From: Coleofasciculaceae cyanobacterium
GTDB lineage: Bacteria > Cyanobacteriota > Vampirovibrionia > Vampirovibrionales > Vampirovibrionaceae
Reading direction: 5' to 3'
NCBI GenBank assembly: GCA_036703295.1
Contig: DATNPJ010000034.1
Coordinates: 85,482 to 149,481, forward strand
Length of the DNA stretch: 64,000 nt
The position numbers and the translations under genes are program-made. Under the pieces are notes generated by a model. That model worked only from the letters and a program-made list of their open reading frames with translations, was not told the origin of the DNA and did not search any database. Positions 39,242-49,117 of this stretch are shown here, piece after piece. Within the stretch, counting starts at the first letter, position 1. Each line of letters opens with the position of its first letter.

Positions 39242-39265
39242 TGGGCTGACTTCGATTGGGATTAG

Positions 39266-39286
39266 AATGAAAACGATTTTCATTCT
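39266..39286. promoter_or_regulatory. Fur/Zur-box-like palindromic operator.
   Basis: GAATGAAAA-cga-TTTTCATTC has perfect 9-bp arms and a 3-nt spacer. It lies ~25 nt upstream of the membrane-protein start and ~125-145 nt from the two candidate Fur-family starts. A second TCATTTTCATTTT repeat at 39372..39392 overlaps the fur start. Confidence 0.55.
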
Positions 39287-39389
39287 TAAAGGAAGGAAGC
39301 CGTCTGTCAATCATGAGGGCCAAATGTGCATTGTATTTTCACCTTGGAGTTGATATGGTTGAGCCGAAATTAAAATCATTTTCATTTTT

Positions 39390-39818
39390 ATGCACAGGTT
39401 ATCCTTATATATGCTTAAATCGCCTCCCCGTCGTTCTGCCAAATCAACGCGCACTGTTCTGGAAGCGTTGCAAATGCTCAACCATGCCACCGCACCGGAG
39501 ATCATGCAGTGGATTAATCAATCGCCGGGGCATGCTTCCGACCGGAAAGTCAGCCTGACCAGCGTCTACCGGGCCTTGAACCAATTGGTGGATGATCTGC
39601 ACGTGAAGCCGTTGAATTTCAACGACGGCCAGATTCGCTACGAGCTGAACAATCAGCGGATGCACCATCATCACCTGGTTTGCAGCAACTGCGAGCGCAT
39701 TCAGGTGCTGGACAGCTGCCCTTTCGAGCATCTGCTCACCCAGCTGGAAGGGACCTTCCAGGTGCATTATCACAACTTCGAGGTCTTTGGCCTCTGTCAA
39801 TCATGTCTTTCGAATTGA
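39390..39818 (+). CDS. Fur-family metalloregulator.
   Basis: N-terminal winged-helix (RTVLEALQMLNHATAPEIMQWI). The dimerisation domain carries HHHLVC-x2-C...C-x2-C metal sites. The start is ATG 39390 or 39411. Confidence 0.8.
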   Translation: MHRLSLYMLKSPPRRSAKSTRTVLEALQMLNHATAPEIMQWINQSPGHASDRKVSLTSVYRALNQLVDDLHVKPLNFNDGQIRYELNNQRMHHHHLVCSNCERIQVLDSCPFEHLLTQLEGTFQVHYHNFEVFGLCQSCLSN

Positions 39819-39827
39819 GATCAACCC

Positions 39828-40154
39828 ATGCTGCCCCTTGTCACCCGCTTTCCCCAACGTCTTGCTGCCCAGTGGCGGGAAGAATTCCCTATCCTTCCCC
39901 TTTCCAGGGAGACTGTCCTGCGGTTATCCTCCGGTGACTGGCGGCATTTCTGGCGGAACTTGCTACTGATTCCCGTTTTTCCGGTGTTGGGATATTACGG
40001 CTTGGATCAGAGTGGAGTCAGCGATTTTCTGGTGTCCCATGGCCTGATGATCCGGGAAATCCTGGGCGAGGGCTTTGGCCATGTGGGGCTTTGCTTTTCC
40101 TTGCATTACGTCATGAATGCTGCCGGGGCTCTTTATAAAGCCTGCAGAGGCTAA
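39828..40154 (+). CDS. Hypothetical protein co-oriented with fur.
   Basis: 108-aa ORF starting 10 nt after the fur stop. It has one hydrophobic segment and no recognisable motif. Confidence 0.4.
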   Translation: MLPLVTRFPQRLAAQWREEFPILPLSRETVLRLSSGDWRHFWRNLLLIPVFPVLGYYGLDQSGVSDFLVSHGLMIREILGEGFGHVGLCFSLHYVMNAAGALYKACRG

Positions 40155-40400
40155 TATCGGCCCGGTGCCCCAGACTTTCCGGGGCTTGGTTTGTTGTTTG
40201 AGAAATCAATCGGCCCGGTTTTAGATTATCCAAAATGCAGTCCCCACGTGCTTCCTGGATGGAGTTGAGCAGGGCGGAGAGATTAAGGCTTGTAAAGTTC
40301 TGGCTGGGTTCAGGCAATCATGCCCTATATGTTGTTTTTATTTTGATATAGAGAGCAGGCGTTTCATGTCCCTTGAGCATTAATAAGAGAGCAAATAAAC

Positions 40401-42917
40401 ATGCAACCAATTAGCCTAAATTTACCGCAAAATAGGCCGCTGGTCGGACAAGGCTCCATCATTCAAGGCGCACCGACGTCTGGAAGTCTGCTTGCCACTC
40501 CGGCACTCACTCAAGCACAACCGGCATTAGCAAAGAGCGTTTCGCCTCAGCAGCCGGATCTCATGAGTTTCATGACCATGATGCTGCAATTGATGCAGCA
40601 AATGATGAGTATGCTGATGGGTCGTCCCGTCCAAACCGGGTCGCCATCCGGGGTACAAGCCCCGGCAGGACAACTTCCTGCAACTGGTGCCGCAGGTGGC
40701 GCACAGAATGTTGGAGTCTTGCCCAGTAATGGTATGGCCCCACTCCCAATGGGTATGTATCCAGGAACGCAAACTGCTCCTCCTGTGGGATCTGCTGGTG
40801 GCGGTATAATGAATTCCGGTGATGCTGGCGCTGGTGGCGCTTATGGCCCCCCTCCGGGTGCTGGTGCCGCTGGCGGTGCTGGAGTCCCAACCGGAACGCC
40901 AACCCTTCCAAGTACTCCAGGCACCGGACAAGTTCCCGGCACGCCAACTCCTCCGAGTACCCAAGACGCAGGGCAAGTTCCCGGCACGCCAACCACCACG
41001 CCAAGTACTCCCGGCACTGGTGGCACTGCTGGCACCGGCAACGTAAGTTCACCGCCCCTGTCTCCAGTCCAGAGCACGCCGCTCAGCCATAATGATATGG
41101 TGAACTACATCCTGGGGCAGTCCCATAGCGGTACCACGGCGGCGGGTGTTGACGATAAGATTTTCGGCGCTTACATGCAGCAGGACTCCAAATTCGCCCA
41201 AGCCGGGGCAAACGAGTTCGACGGGGCGATTGCCAAGGCGTACACCGCCCAGTTCAAAGGCTATGCCATGGGGTTGAACGTGGCTTACAAGCCCGGCGAT
41301 AACATGGATGAGATTGCGGCCAACCTGGAAAAGGGTCAAGCGACTAAGATGACTGCGGAAGCAGAGACCGTGGCCAACGTGGCCGCCATCTATCGCGGTG
41401 ATCTGTCCGGTGGTGGGGCTTACGACAACCCAGCTCTCAAAAAGCTGGTGGCCTCATGGGGTCGTCAGGACATCGCCAACCAGCCCGGTATGGGGGATGG
41501 CGACATCCAATCCGTCGGCGGTACTGTCAAGGCTCTTAATGAGGAGCCCGATCCGGCCAAGCGCCAAGCCTGGCTGCAGCAAATCTTCGATTTCCAGAAC
41601 AATTCACCGAACAGCCCCAGTGGTGCCGTGCCGCAAAGCGGTTTGGTCAACTACCAGAAGGCCATTAGCCTCTATAGAAACGGCACGGTGGATCAGCTGG
41701 CCAATAATTACAGTCAAGGCATCAAGACCAATGGTCCCGTTCAGGTTCCCAACGTTCCCGGTGGTGCCGGTAACGGCACGGGCGGCGTAACCGGTGGTAC
41801 GCAGGATGCGGGCAACGTCCCCGGTGGTGCTGGTAATGGCACGGGTAATGTCCCCGGCGCCACGACCACGGATGCCAACGGCAACCCTGCGGCTACGCCG
41901 GATGTCAACCGGAACACCAATTTCCACGCCACGCCGATTGACCAGCGTTCGCAATTGGGTCTCAACGACCGTGATCGGGCGATTGACCACCTGTGGGGCC
42001 GCCAGGTCATTTCCAAAGGCTTCCAGGACGGCAGCGTTTACAAAAACGTGCTGGATGACATGGCAAAACCGGCGGATCAGCGGCAGTACAAGGCGGAAGA
42101 GCACAAGCTGGTCCAACAGCTGGTTGCCAAAGAGGCAGGTCTTCAGGATCCTAACGCCGTAAATAGCCAGGTTCTGGATCAGAACAAGGCTCGGATTAAC
42201 GGCAAGGCGCTGGATCAGGAATTATTCGGCTTGATGCAACGGGTCAATCCGGGGCAGAATATTGATACCAGCCGCTGGATGAATGCTCCGGCGCATGCCT
42301 GGGATGGCAATCCCATCAACCAGATTGATGATATCAACCTCTTGCAGCAACAGACCGGCCTGAACAAATTCGATCAGGGTGTCCTGCGTCTGTGGGGTCA
42401 CGAGCCCTTGCTGAATGGCGGAAAGATTGATGGATCCGTACTGGCATACACCATTGGCAACGCTAATGCCCTGGATAACCAAGGGCTTTCGTTCGGCCGG
42501 GTGGGTGGTAACCCCACCAGTGTAGATGATGTCGCCTCAGGTCTCCTGAAAGCCGACTTGGCTTCCGATGGGGTTCGTAACGGCGATTCCTTAAGGTCCT
42601 CCTTCGGGCAAGTATTGGATAAAGTCTACCTGGGGGCTCAAGGCCCAACCCTGGAAGGGGTTCAGCAGCTGGCCGAGCAAAAAGGTGCCGCCAATGGCCG
42701 CTCCGTGCAACAGATGCAACAGGATTCCGAGCAAGGTATGGTCCAGGCACTGGCTGATTCGGCCAAATTCGTGAAAGACCATCCGATTATCTCCACGATG
42801 GCCGTCGGCGGTATCGCGGCAGCTACAGCGGTTTGCCCCTTCCTGGGTGCGATGGGCGCTGGTGCTGCGGGTATCATGGCCGGTCAGCAGATGATGAACA
42901 AAGGCCAAGGCGCCTAA
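40401..42917 (+). CDS. Large repeat-containing hypothetical protein with a C-terminal glycine-zipper hydrophobic segment.
   Basis: 838 aa with no N-terminal signal peptide. The N-terminus has a Met/Gln-rich helix (MSFMTMMLQLMQQMMSMLMG) and a Pro/Thr/Gly-rich repeat region encoded by tandem nucleotide repeats. The large central region is unassigned. The C-terminal GGIAAATAVCPFLGAMGAGAAGIMAG is followed by a terminator. Confidence 0.6.
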   Translation: MQPISLNLPQNRPLVGQGSIIQGAPTSGSLLATPALTQAQPALAKSVSPQQPDLMSFMTMMLQLMQQMMSMLMGRPVQTGSPSGVQAPAGQLPATGAAGGAQNVGVLPSNGMAPLPMGMYPGTQTAPPVGSAGGGIMNSGDAGAGGAYGPPPGAGAAGGAGVPTGTPTLPSTPGTGQVPGTPTPPSTQDAGQVPGTPTTTPSTPGTGGTAGTGNVSSPPLSPVQSTPLSHNDMVNYILGQSHSGTTAAGVDDKIFGAYMQQDSKFAQAGANEFDGAIAKAYTAQFKGYAMGLNVAYKPGDNMDEIAANLEKGQATKMTAEAETVANVAAIYRGDLSGGGAYDNPALKKLVASWGRQDIANQPGMGDGDIQSVGGTVKALNEEPDPAKRQAWLQQIFDFQNNSPNSPSGAVPQSGLVNYQKAISLYRNGTVDQLANNYSQGIKTNGPVQVPNVPGGAGNGTGGVTGGTQDAGNVPGGAGNGTGNVPGATTTDANGNPAATPDVNRNTNFHATPIDQRSQLGLNDRDRAIDHLWGRQVISKGFQDGSVYKNVLDDMAKPADQRQYKAEEHKLVQQLVAKEAGLQDPNAVNSQVLDQNKARINGKALDQELFGLMQRVNPGQNIDTSRWMNAPAHAWDGNPINQIDDINLLQQQTGLNKFDQGVLRLWGHEPLLNGGKIDGSVLAYTIGNANALDNQGLSFGRVGGNPTSVDDVASGLLKADLASDGVRNGDSLRSSFGQVLDKVYLGAQGPTLEGVQQLAEQKGAANGRSVQQMQQDSEQGMVQALADSAKFVKDHPIISTMAVGGIAAATAVCPFLGAMGAGAAGIMAGQQMMNKGQGA

Positions 42918-42941
42918 GTTCCATCCAATAAATTCAATCAA

Positions 42942-42972
42942 CAAGCGGGAGCCATCACTCCCGCTTGTTTTG
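42942..42972 (+). terminator. Rho-independent terminator.
   Basis: CAAGCGGGAG-ccatca-CTCCCGCTTG-TTTTG is a perfect 10-bp stem plus a T-run. Confidence 0.8.
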
Positions 42973-43118
42973 CATGGGGTCGGTTCGGAAATTGCAAGTC
43001 TCCCGCCCTCCCGTTACAATCAGGGGACGATATGCCGCTCTTCTGGACCGGTGGTGAGATGCCGGACGCAGGGTCGCGTGTCAGAACGTACAAGCCGTGG
43101 TTTTGGTGAGGCGAGCGT

Positions 43119-44666
43119 ATGTGGCACAGTGGAATGGAAATTGATGGTGAATCCCTGACCTTGGAGGCAGTCCAGGCGGTGGCACGGGATACGGCGGGAA
43201 CCGTTTCAGCTGTTGCTCTCTCCGGCACGGCACGGGAACGTGTTGTGGCCTCCCGGAAAGTAGTGGAGGACGTATTGGCCTCCGGACGGATTGTGTATGG
43301 CGTGAATACCGGCTTTGGGGCGCTGAGCAGCGTTTCCATCTCCAATGAACAGGTGGAGCAGCTGCAAATCAACCTGGTTCGCAGTCATGCCGCCGGGGCC
43401 GGTGAGTCGTTAGCGATTCCCGTGGTGCGGGCCATGATGCTATTGCGGGCTAATACGCTGGCCAAAGGTTTGTCCGGGGTGCGCCCCGAAGTCATTGAGA
43501 CGCTGCTTGCGATGCTGAACGCGGGCGTTTATCCCAAAATTCCCTCCCAGGGTTCGTTGGGTGCCAGTGGTGATCTGGCGCCGTTGGCCCATATGACCCT
43601 GGTGCTGGTGGGCGAGGGCGAAGCCTTATACCGGGGCGAATTGCTGCCGGGTGCCGAAGCCATGCGTCAGGCGGGGATTCCCACACTGACGCTGAAAGCC
43701 AAGGAAGGGCTCGCCTTGCTGAACGGTACCCAGATGATGACCGCGCTGGGAACGTTGGTGTTGCTGCAAGCAGAAGCCTTGCTGGATGTTGCCGAGCTGG
43801 CCGGAGCGATGACCATCGAGGCCGTGCGGGGCAGTCAGAAGCCCTTCGATGTGCGGGTGGCCGATGCGCGTCCGCATCCGGGGCACCAGCAGTCGGCGGC
43901 GGTGGTTCGTCGCCTGCTATCGGGCAGCGAGATTATGGAATCGCACCGGGATTGCGCCAAAGTGCAGGATGCTTATTCGCTGCGCTGCATTCCACAGGTG
44001 CATGGCGCGGCGCGGGATCTGATCGCGTCGGCCCGCCGGATCCTGGAAGTCGAAATCAACGCGGCCACCGACAACCCGCTGGTCTTTCCCAATGGTGATA
44101 TCATCTCCCAGGGCAACTTTCACGGCGAGCCGGTGGCCATGGCTATGGAAATGCTGTCGCTTGCGCTGGCGGAACTGGCCAGCATCAGTGAGCGCCGTAT
44201 CGACAAGCTGATGAACCCGGTCTTCAGTGAGCTGCCTGCCTTCTTGGCGGGAGATGCCGAGGCTGGTCTGCGTTCCGGGATGATGATTGTGCACTACACG
44301 GCGGCTTCGCTGGTTTCTGAGAATAAAGTCCTGGCCCATCCCGCTGTGGTGGACAGCATTCCCACCTCCAACGACAAGGAAGATCACGTCAGCATGGGGG
44401 CTATCGCCGCGCGCAAAGCCGCACGCATTTTGCAGCATTCCCGCTGGGTGCTGGCTGCGGAACTGCTTTGCGCCGCCGAAGGCTTGGAATACCGGGGCGA
44501 ACTCAAACCGGGCGCGGGGATCTGGCGAGCCTACCGGAAAATTCGGGAAGTCGTTGCGCCCTTAACCGGTGATCGGGTGTTGGCGCCGGATGTTGAAAAG
44601 ATTATGACGCTGATGGAAGACGGCTCTCTGCTTTCCACCGTGCAAGATTTACTGAAACAACCGTAA
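43119..44666 (+). CDS. hutH: Histidine ammonia-lyase.
   Basis: 515 aa with the MIO-forming ASG triad ([15 protein letters not shown]) and conserved aromatic ammonia-lyase blocks. Confidence 0.92.
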   Translation: MWHSGMEIDGESLTLEAVQAVARDTAGTVSAVALSGTARERVVASRKVVEDVLASGRIVYGVNTGFGALSSVSISNEQVEQLQINLVRSHAAGAGESLAIPVVRAMMLLRANTLAKGLSGVRPEVIETLLAMLNAGVYPKIPSQGSLGASGDLAPLAHMTLVLVGEGEALYRGELLPGAEAMRQAGIPTLTLKAKEGLALLNGTQMMTALGTLVLLQAEALLDVAELAGAMTIEAVRGSQKPFDVRVADARPHPGHQQSAAVVRRLLSGSEIMESHRDCAKVQDAYSLRCIPQVHGAARDLIASARRILEVEINAATDNPLVFPNGDIISQGNFHGEPVAMAMEMLSLALAELASISERRIDKLMNPVFSELPAFLAGDAEAGLRSGMMIVHYTAASLVSENKVLAHPAVVDSIPTSNDKEDHVSMGAIAARKAARILQHSRWVLAAELLCAAEGLEYRGELKPGAGIWRAYRKIREVVAPLTGDRVLAPDVEKIMTLMEDGSLLSTVQDLLKQP

Positions 44667-44676
44667 TGCTGGGAGA

Positions 44677-46365
44677 ATGACCATGACAATCACCCAAAAT
44701 GATATTCAGGTTCAACTCAACGGCGCTCCGACCGGGGCCAAACTGGTCTGCAAATCCTGGATGACCGAAGCGCCCTACCGCATGCTGCTGAATAACCTGG
44801 ATCCGGCTGTCGCGGAAGACCCTCAATCCCTGGTGGTTTACGGCGGGACCGGTAAGGCAGCCCGTAATCATGCATGTCTCGCCAAAATTCTGGAGTGCCT
44901 GAAGACGCTGGAAAGCGATGAAACCCTGCTGGTGCAATCCGGAAAGCCGGTGGGGATCATGAAATCCCACCCCGACGCGCCGCGAGTGCTGATTGCCAAT
45001 TCCAATATCGTGCCGCACTGGGCGGATTGGGAGCACTTCCGGGAGTACGAGCGGATGGGCCTGACCATGTACGGGCAGATGACCGCTGGAAGCTGGATTT
45101 ACATTGGCTCGCAAGGCATTGTGCAGGGCACTTATCTCACCTTTAACGAGGCGGCCCGAAAGCACTACGGACGCAACGATTTGAAGGGGAAGTTCGTGCT
45201 GTCTGCCGGTTTGGGTGGGATGGGCGGCGCCCAGCCCCTGGCCGTGAAGATGAACGGTGGGGTTTTCCTGGGAATTGAGGTGGATCCGGCCCGCTTGCAA
45301 AAGCGCCTGGAAACCGGCTACCTGGATCGGGTGGCCGAGTCCTTTGAGGAAGCCCTCACCCTGGTGAAAGAAGCCGTGACTCGGGAAGAGGCGGTTTCGA
45401 TTGGCTTGCTGGGCAATGCAGCGACCATCTACCAGAGGTTGGTGGATTTGGGTACCACCCCGGATATGGTGACGGACCAGACTTCCGCCCATGACGCGCT
45501 GGTGGGCTACATTCCGGAAGGCTACAACGTGGAAGCGGCAGCCAAGCTGCGGCAAGCGGATCCGGAGGAGTACGTCCACCGTTCCAAAGCCTCGATGGCC
45601 AAGCAGGTGAAGGCCATGCTGGCCTTTCAAGAACGGGGCGCGGTAGTCTTCGATTATGGCAACAATATCCGCCAGCAGGCTTTGAGCGTAGGCGTGAGCA
45701 ACGCCTTCGATTTCCCCGGCTTCGTGCCCGCCTATGTGCGTCCGCTGTTCTGCGAGGGCTCTGGCCCCTTCCGCTGGGTGGCTCTATCCGGCGATCCGGA
45801 AGACATCTGGACCACCGATCGGGCGCTGATGGAAGCCTTCCCGGACAATGAGCCGCTGTTACGCTGGCTGAAGCTGGCCAAAGAGCACATCCATTTCCAG
45901 GGCCTGCCCGCCCGGATCTGCTGGTTGAAATACGGCGAACGGGCCAAGGCTGGGAAGATTTTCAACGATCTGGTGGCGAGCGGCAAAGTGAAAGCGCCGA
46001 TTGTGATTGGCCGGGATCACCTGGATTGCGGCAGCGTGGCCTCTCCCAACCGGGAGACTGAAGGCATGAAGGACGGCTCGGACGCCATCGCCGACTGGCC
46101 AATCTTGAACGCACTGATTAACGCGGTGAACGGTGCCACTTGGGTCTCCTATCATCACGGTGGCGGCGTGGGCATCGGCTACAGCCTGCATGCCGGGATG
46201 GTGATTGTCGCCGACGGTACAAAAGAAGCCGAAGCCCGCCTCCAACGCGTCCTGACCAGTGATCCCGGCATGGGGGTTATTCGTCATGTCGATGCAGGCT
46301 ATGAGGAGGCCAAATCGGTGGCCAAGAGTATGGGTGTAAAAGTTCCATTCTTACAGGAAGGGTAA
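44677..46365 (+). CDS. hutU: Urocanate hydratase.
   Basis: 562 aa with full urocanase family conservation (NAD-binding GxGxxG region [10 protein letters not shown]). Confidence 0.92.
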   Translation: MTMTITQNDIQVQLNGAPTGAKLVCKSWMTEAPYRMLLNNLDPAVAEDPQSLVVYGGTGKAARNHACLAKILECLKTLESDETLLVQSGKPVGIMKSHPDAPRVLIANSNIVPHWADWEHFREYERMGLTMYGQMTAGSWIYIGSQGIVQGTYLTFNEAARKHYGRNDLKGKFVLSAGLGGMGGAQPLAVKMNGGVFLGIEVDPARLQKRLETGYLDRVAESFEEALTLVKEAVTREEAVSIGLLGNAATIYQRLVDLGTTPDMVTDQTSAHDALVGYIPEGYNVEAAAKLRQADPEEYVHRSKASMAKQVKAMLAFQERGAVVFDYGNNIRQQALSVGVSNAFDFPGFVPAYVRPLFCEGSGPFRWVALSGDPEDIWTTDRALMEAFPDNEPLLRWLKLAKEHIHFQGLPARICWLKYGERAKAGKIFNDLVASGKVKAPIVIGRDHLDCGSVASPNRETEGMKDGSDAIADWPILNALINAVNGATWVSYHHGGGVGIGYSLHAGMVIVADGTKEAEARLQRVLTSDPGMGVIRHVDAGYEEAKSVAKSMGVKVPFLQEG

Positions 46366-46388
46366 ATCATCAGCACTGGAGAATCTTT

Positions 46389-46652
46389 GTGAAGACACCT
46401 GGTTTAAAATTTTCAGCAATCTCGCTGCTACAGGGAGGGCTTGCCACTGTAGTAATCCTGATTTTTTTAGCCATTGCTTTCATAGGCTTGGTATCTGCCT
46501 TTGATACGGAACCAGACCCTCTGATGCCACCTTATTTGCCCGAACTTTTCTATGGGATTCAGGTTATAGGGCCTGTCCTATTCTTGGGAATGACCTACTA
46601 TTTTCACAAAAAATTGCAAAATAAATCGGCGAAATCTGAAAAAGACATTTAA
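46389..46652 (+). CDS. Small two-TM membrane protein inserted in the hut operon.
   Basis: 87 aa at ~42% GC. Two hydrophobic helices (LATVVILIFLAIAFIGLV; VIGPVLFLGMTYYF) and a Lys-rich C-tail. Confidence 0.5.
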   Translation: MKTPGLKFSAISLLQGGLATVVILIFLAIAFIGLVSAFDTEPDPLMPPYLPELFYGIQVIGPVLFLGMTYYFHKKLQNKSAKSEKDI

Positions 46653-46672
46653 TCTTTGAGCCAGGATAACTT

Positions 46673-47932
46673 ATGACTGCAACTCTCATTCACAATATTG
46701 GTCAGCTGATAACTATCGATTCAGCTCAGATAATCGATAACAATCCCCTCGGCATCATTGAAAACGGGGCGTTGGTGATTGAAGACGGGCGGATTGCCTG
46801 GATTGGCAGTACGGCGGACATCAATCCGGCGGATTTTGCGGAAACCATCGACGCGCGGGGGCGGGTGGTGATGCCGGGGCTGATTGATTCGCACACCCAT
46901 ACCATCTTTGCGGGCGACCGGGCGGATGAGTTCGAGATGCGGCTGCAAGGCAAAACCTACCTGGAAATCGCGCATGCGGGCGGAGGGATTCTGAAAACCG
47001 TGGACGCCACCCGCAAGGCCAGCGAACAGGAACTCTATGACCTGACCCGTGAACGGCTGCTGCGCATGTTGTCGCTGGGTGTCACCACCGTGGAGGTGAA
47101 AAGCGGTTACGGACTGGATTTTGCGACCGAGCTGAAATGCCTGAATGTGCTGCGGAATCTGCAAACAGATAGCCCAGTGAGCATTGTGCCGACTTATATG
47201 GGCGCGCATGATATTCCACCCGAGTATCATGCGCGCACCGATGATTACGTAGAACTCATTTGCAACGCGCAAATCCCGGCTATCGCGCAGCAAGGACTGG
47301 CGGTGTTCTGCGATGTCTTCTGCGAGCAGGGTTACTTCGATGTCGCGCAGACCCGACGCATTCTGGAAGCGGCCAGCGCGCATGGCCTCAAACTAAAAGT
47401 ACACGCGGAGGAATTCGTCAATTTGGGCGGGGCTGAATTGGCCGGTGAAATGGGCGCGACTTCAGCGGATCATTTGCTGAATATTTCCGATGCGGGCATT
47501 GCCGCGCTGAAAGCCGGAGGTACGGTGGCCACCCTGCTGCCCGGAACGGCCTTTTTCCTGCGCCTGAAGGAATACGCCCCGGTGCAACGGCTGCTGTCGG
47601 CTGGGGTTCCTGTGGCCTTGGGCACCGACTTCAACCCTGGCAGCTGTTTGATCGATGATTTGCAACTGATCATGCAACTGGCCTGCCTGCAAATGAACAT
47701 GCAACCCGTTGATGTCATCCGGGCGGTGACATTGAACGCGGCGAAAGCCCTGGATTTGCAAGCGGATCGCGGTTCACTCGCGGTGGGCAAGCGGGCGGAT
47801 ATGATGATTTTGAATGCCAGCAGCTACAACGCGCTGTTCTACAACGTGGGCCGAAATTTGGTCAGCGATGTCTTTGTCGGCGGCCGACGCTACCTGCGCC
47901 GCTGGTTCGAGGAGCACCTGGCCCCAGCGTAA
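46673..47932 (+). CDS. hutI: Imidazolonepropionase.
   Basis: 419 aa amidohydrolase-fold protein with metal ligands (DSHTHTIFAG...HAEE...DFNPGS). Confidence 0.9.
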   Translation: MTATLIHNIGQLITIDSAQIIDNNPLGIIENGALVIEDGRIAWIGSTADINPADFAETIDARGRVVMPGLIDSHTHTIFAGDRADEFEMRLQGKTYLEIAHAGGGILKTVDATRKASEQELYDLTRERLLRMLSLGVTTVEVKSGYGLDFATELKCLNVLRNLQTDSPVSIVPTYMGAHDIPPEYHARTDDYVELICNAQIPAIAQQGLAVFCDVFCEQGYFDVAQTRRILEAASAHGLKLKVHAEEFVNLGGAELAGEMGATSADHLLNISDAGIAALKAGGTVATLLPGTAFFLRLKEYAPVQRLLSAGVPVALGTDFNPGSCLIDDLQLIMQLACLQMNMQPVDVIRAVTLNAAKALDLQADRGSLAVGKRADMMILNASSYNALFYNVGRNLVSDVFVGGRRYLRRWFEEHLAPA

Positions 47933-47938
47933 GCGGGG

Positions 47939-48184
47939 TTAGTCAGCAGGTAGTGTGTTTAAACTGGAACGTCGGTGCATCACGCAGGCGGAATGGCATT
48001 CATGCGTTTCTGGTTCTGTGGGCGTCGGGTCTGGCGTGGATTTTAGCACGGTGGGTGCTTGTTCGATAATGCGTTCGGTTAAGCCGCCGCAGGTGGTGCA
48101 GGCAGGGGCCAAGGTATCCTGGAAGCTTTGCACGACCGATTCGGTATGGCCGCAATGCAGGCAGCGGTAATTGTAACTAGGCAT
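47939..48184 (-). CDS. FmdB-family zinc-ribbon putative regulatory protein.
   Basis: MPSYNYRCLHCGH....CTTCGG is an N-terminal CxxC-x~20-CxxC zinc ribbon typical of the FmdB family. Confidence 0.65.
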   Translation of the reverse strand: MPSYNYRCLHCGHTESVVQSFQDTLAPACTTCGGLTERIIEQAPTVLKSTPDPTPTEPETHECHSACVMHRRSSLNTLPAD

Positions 48185-48187
48185 GGC

Positions 48188-48961
48188 TCAGACGGTCTTC
48201 CGGGTCAGGGTCCGAATCTTGGCGAATTTCAAGAAGGTCTCGCACATGCTGGCCATGGTCATGGTCAATCCCATAAAACCTCTCCAGATTCCACCTTTCA
48301 GGATGTATTGCCGGTAGGCGGCCCACTTGGTTTGCCAGAGCATGTTCATCACGCCCTGATCTTTGGTCGAGACGCCATGGTGAGCCAGATGTGCATAAGC
48401 CAACAAGGTGGAGCGCTGGTTGATGGCCGAAAACAGGTCTTCCACGGTCCGGTAGGGGGCGTAACCCATGGGACGATCCAGTCGTCCGACCTCGCCTTTC
48501 ACCGAGAGCGAAGCTTCCCAATCCTCGCCGACATGCCAGTGTCCCTTGCGGCGCACCAATCGGAGCGCATGCTCCGATTCGCCGGTTTTTAGCCATTGGT
48601 TCTGGAGCTTCAGCTTGCGGGGAATCGTGTACCCGTTGATGTTAGAGGGTGTGTTCAGCAGAACGCCGTCGATTTCGTGGCGCAGCATCTCTTCCACCCA
48701 TTCGTCGGGTTCTACCAGAAAAATCCAATCGCATTTGGCCATGGCCAGCGCATCCCGACGAAGCCGCGTCAGATGGTGCGCGGGGTGAAAATGGACCTTG
48801 TCCGTAAACTGGCGGGCGATGGCCAGCGTGCCGTCCGTGCTGCCGCAGTCGACGACAATCAATTCATCCACCCAGTGCAGGGAAGACAAGGCTTCTTCCA
48901 GCGTTTGGGCGTCATTCTCGGTGATCACAACCGCCGAGACGGTCTGCGATTTATAGTTCAT
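48188..48961 (-). CDS. Family 2 glycosyltransferase.
   Basis: VVITENDAQTLEEALSSL..DELIVVDCGSTDGT is a GT-A fold with DxD-like motifs. Confidence 0.8.
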   Translation of the reverse strand: MNYKSQTVSAVVITENDAQTLEEALSSLHWVDELIVVDCGSTDGTLAIARQFTDKVHFHPAHHLTRLRRDALAMAKCDWIFLVEPDEWVEEMLRHEIDGVLLNTPSNINGYTIPRKLKLQNQWLKTGESEHALRLVRRKGHWHVGEDWEASLSVKGEVGRLDRPMGYAPYRTVEDLFSAINQRSTLLAYAHLAHHGVSTKDQGVMNMLWQTKWAAYRQYILKGGIWRGFMGLTMTMASMCETFLKFAKIRTLTRKTV

Positions 48962-49117
48962 CCTTCATCCTGCTCAATCGGCATCCTGCTCAACCGGCTT
49001 TGCACGGTCTCTCTATCCTATCTTTAGAATATCAGTAATTTCGCGATCCGGCCCACTGAATCCGGTGGATTTTGAGGCCGACCTCTGCCGGTGGCATGGA
49101 CGTGTTAAAATGGGCCT

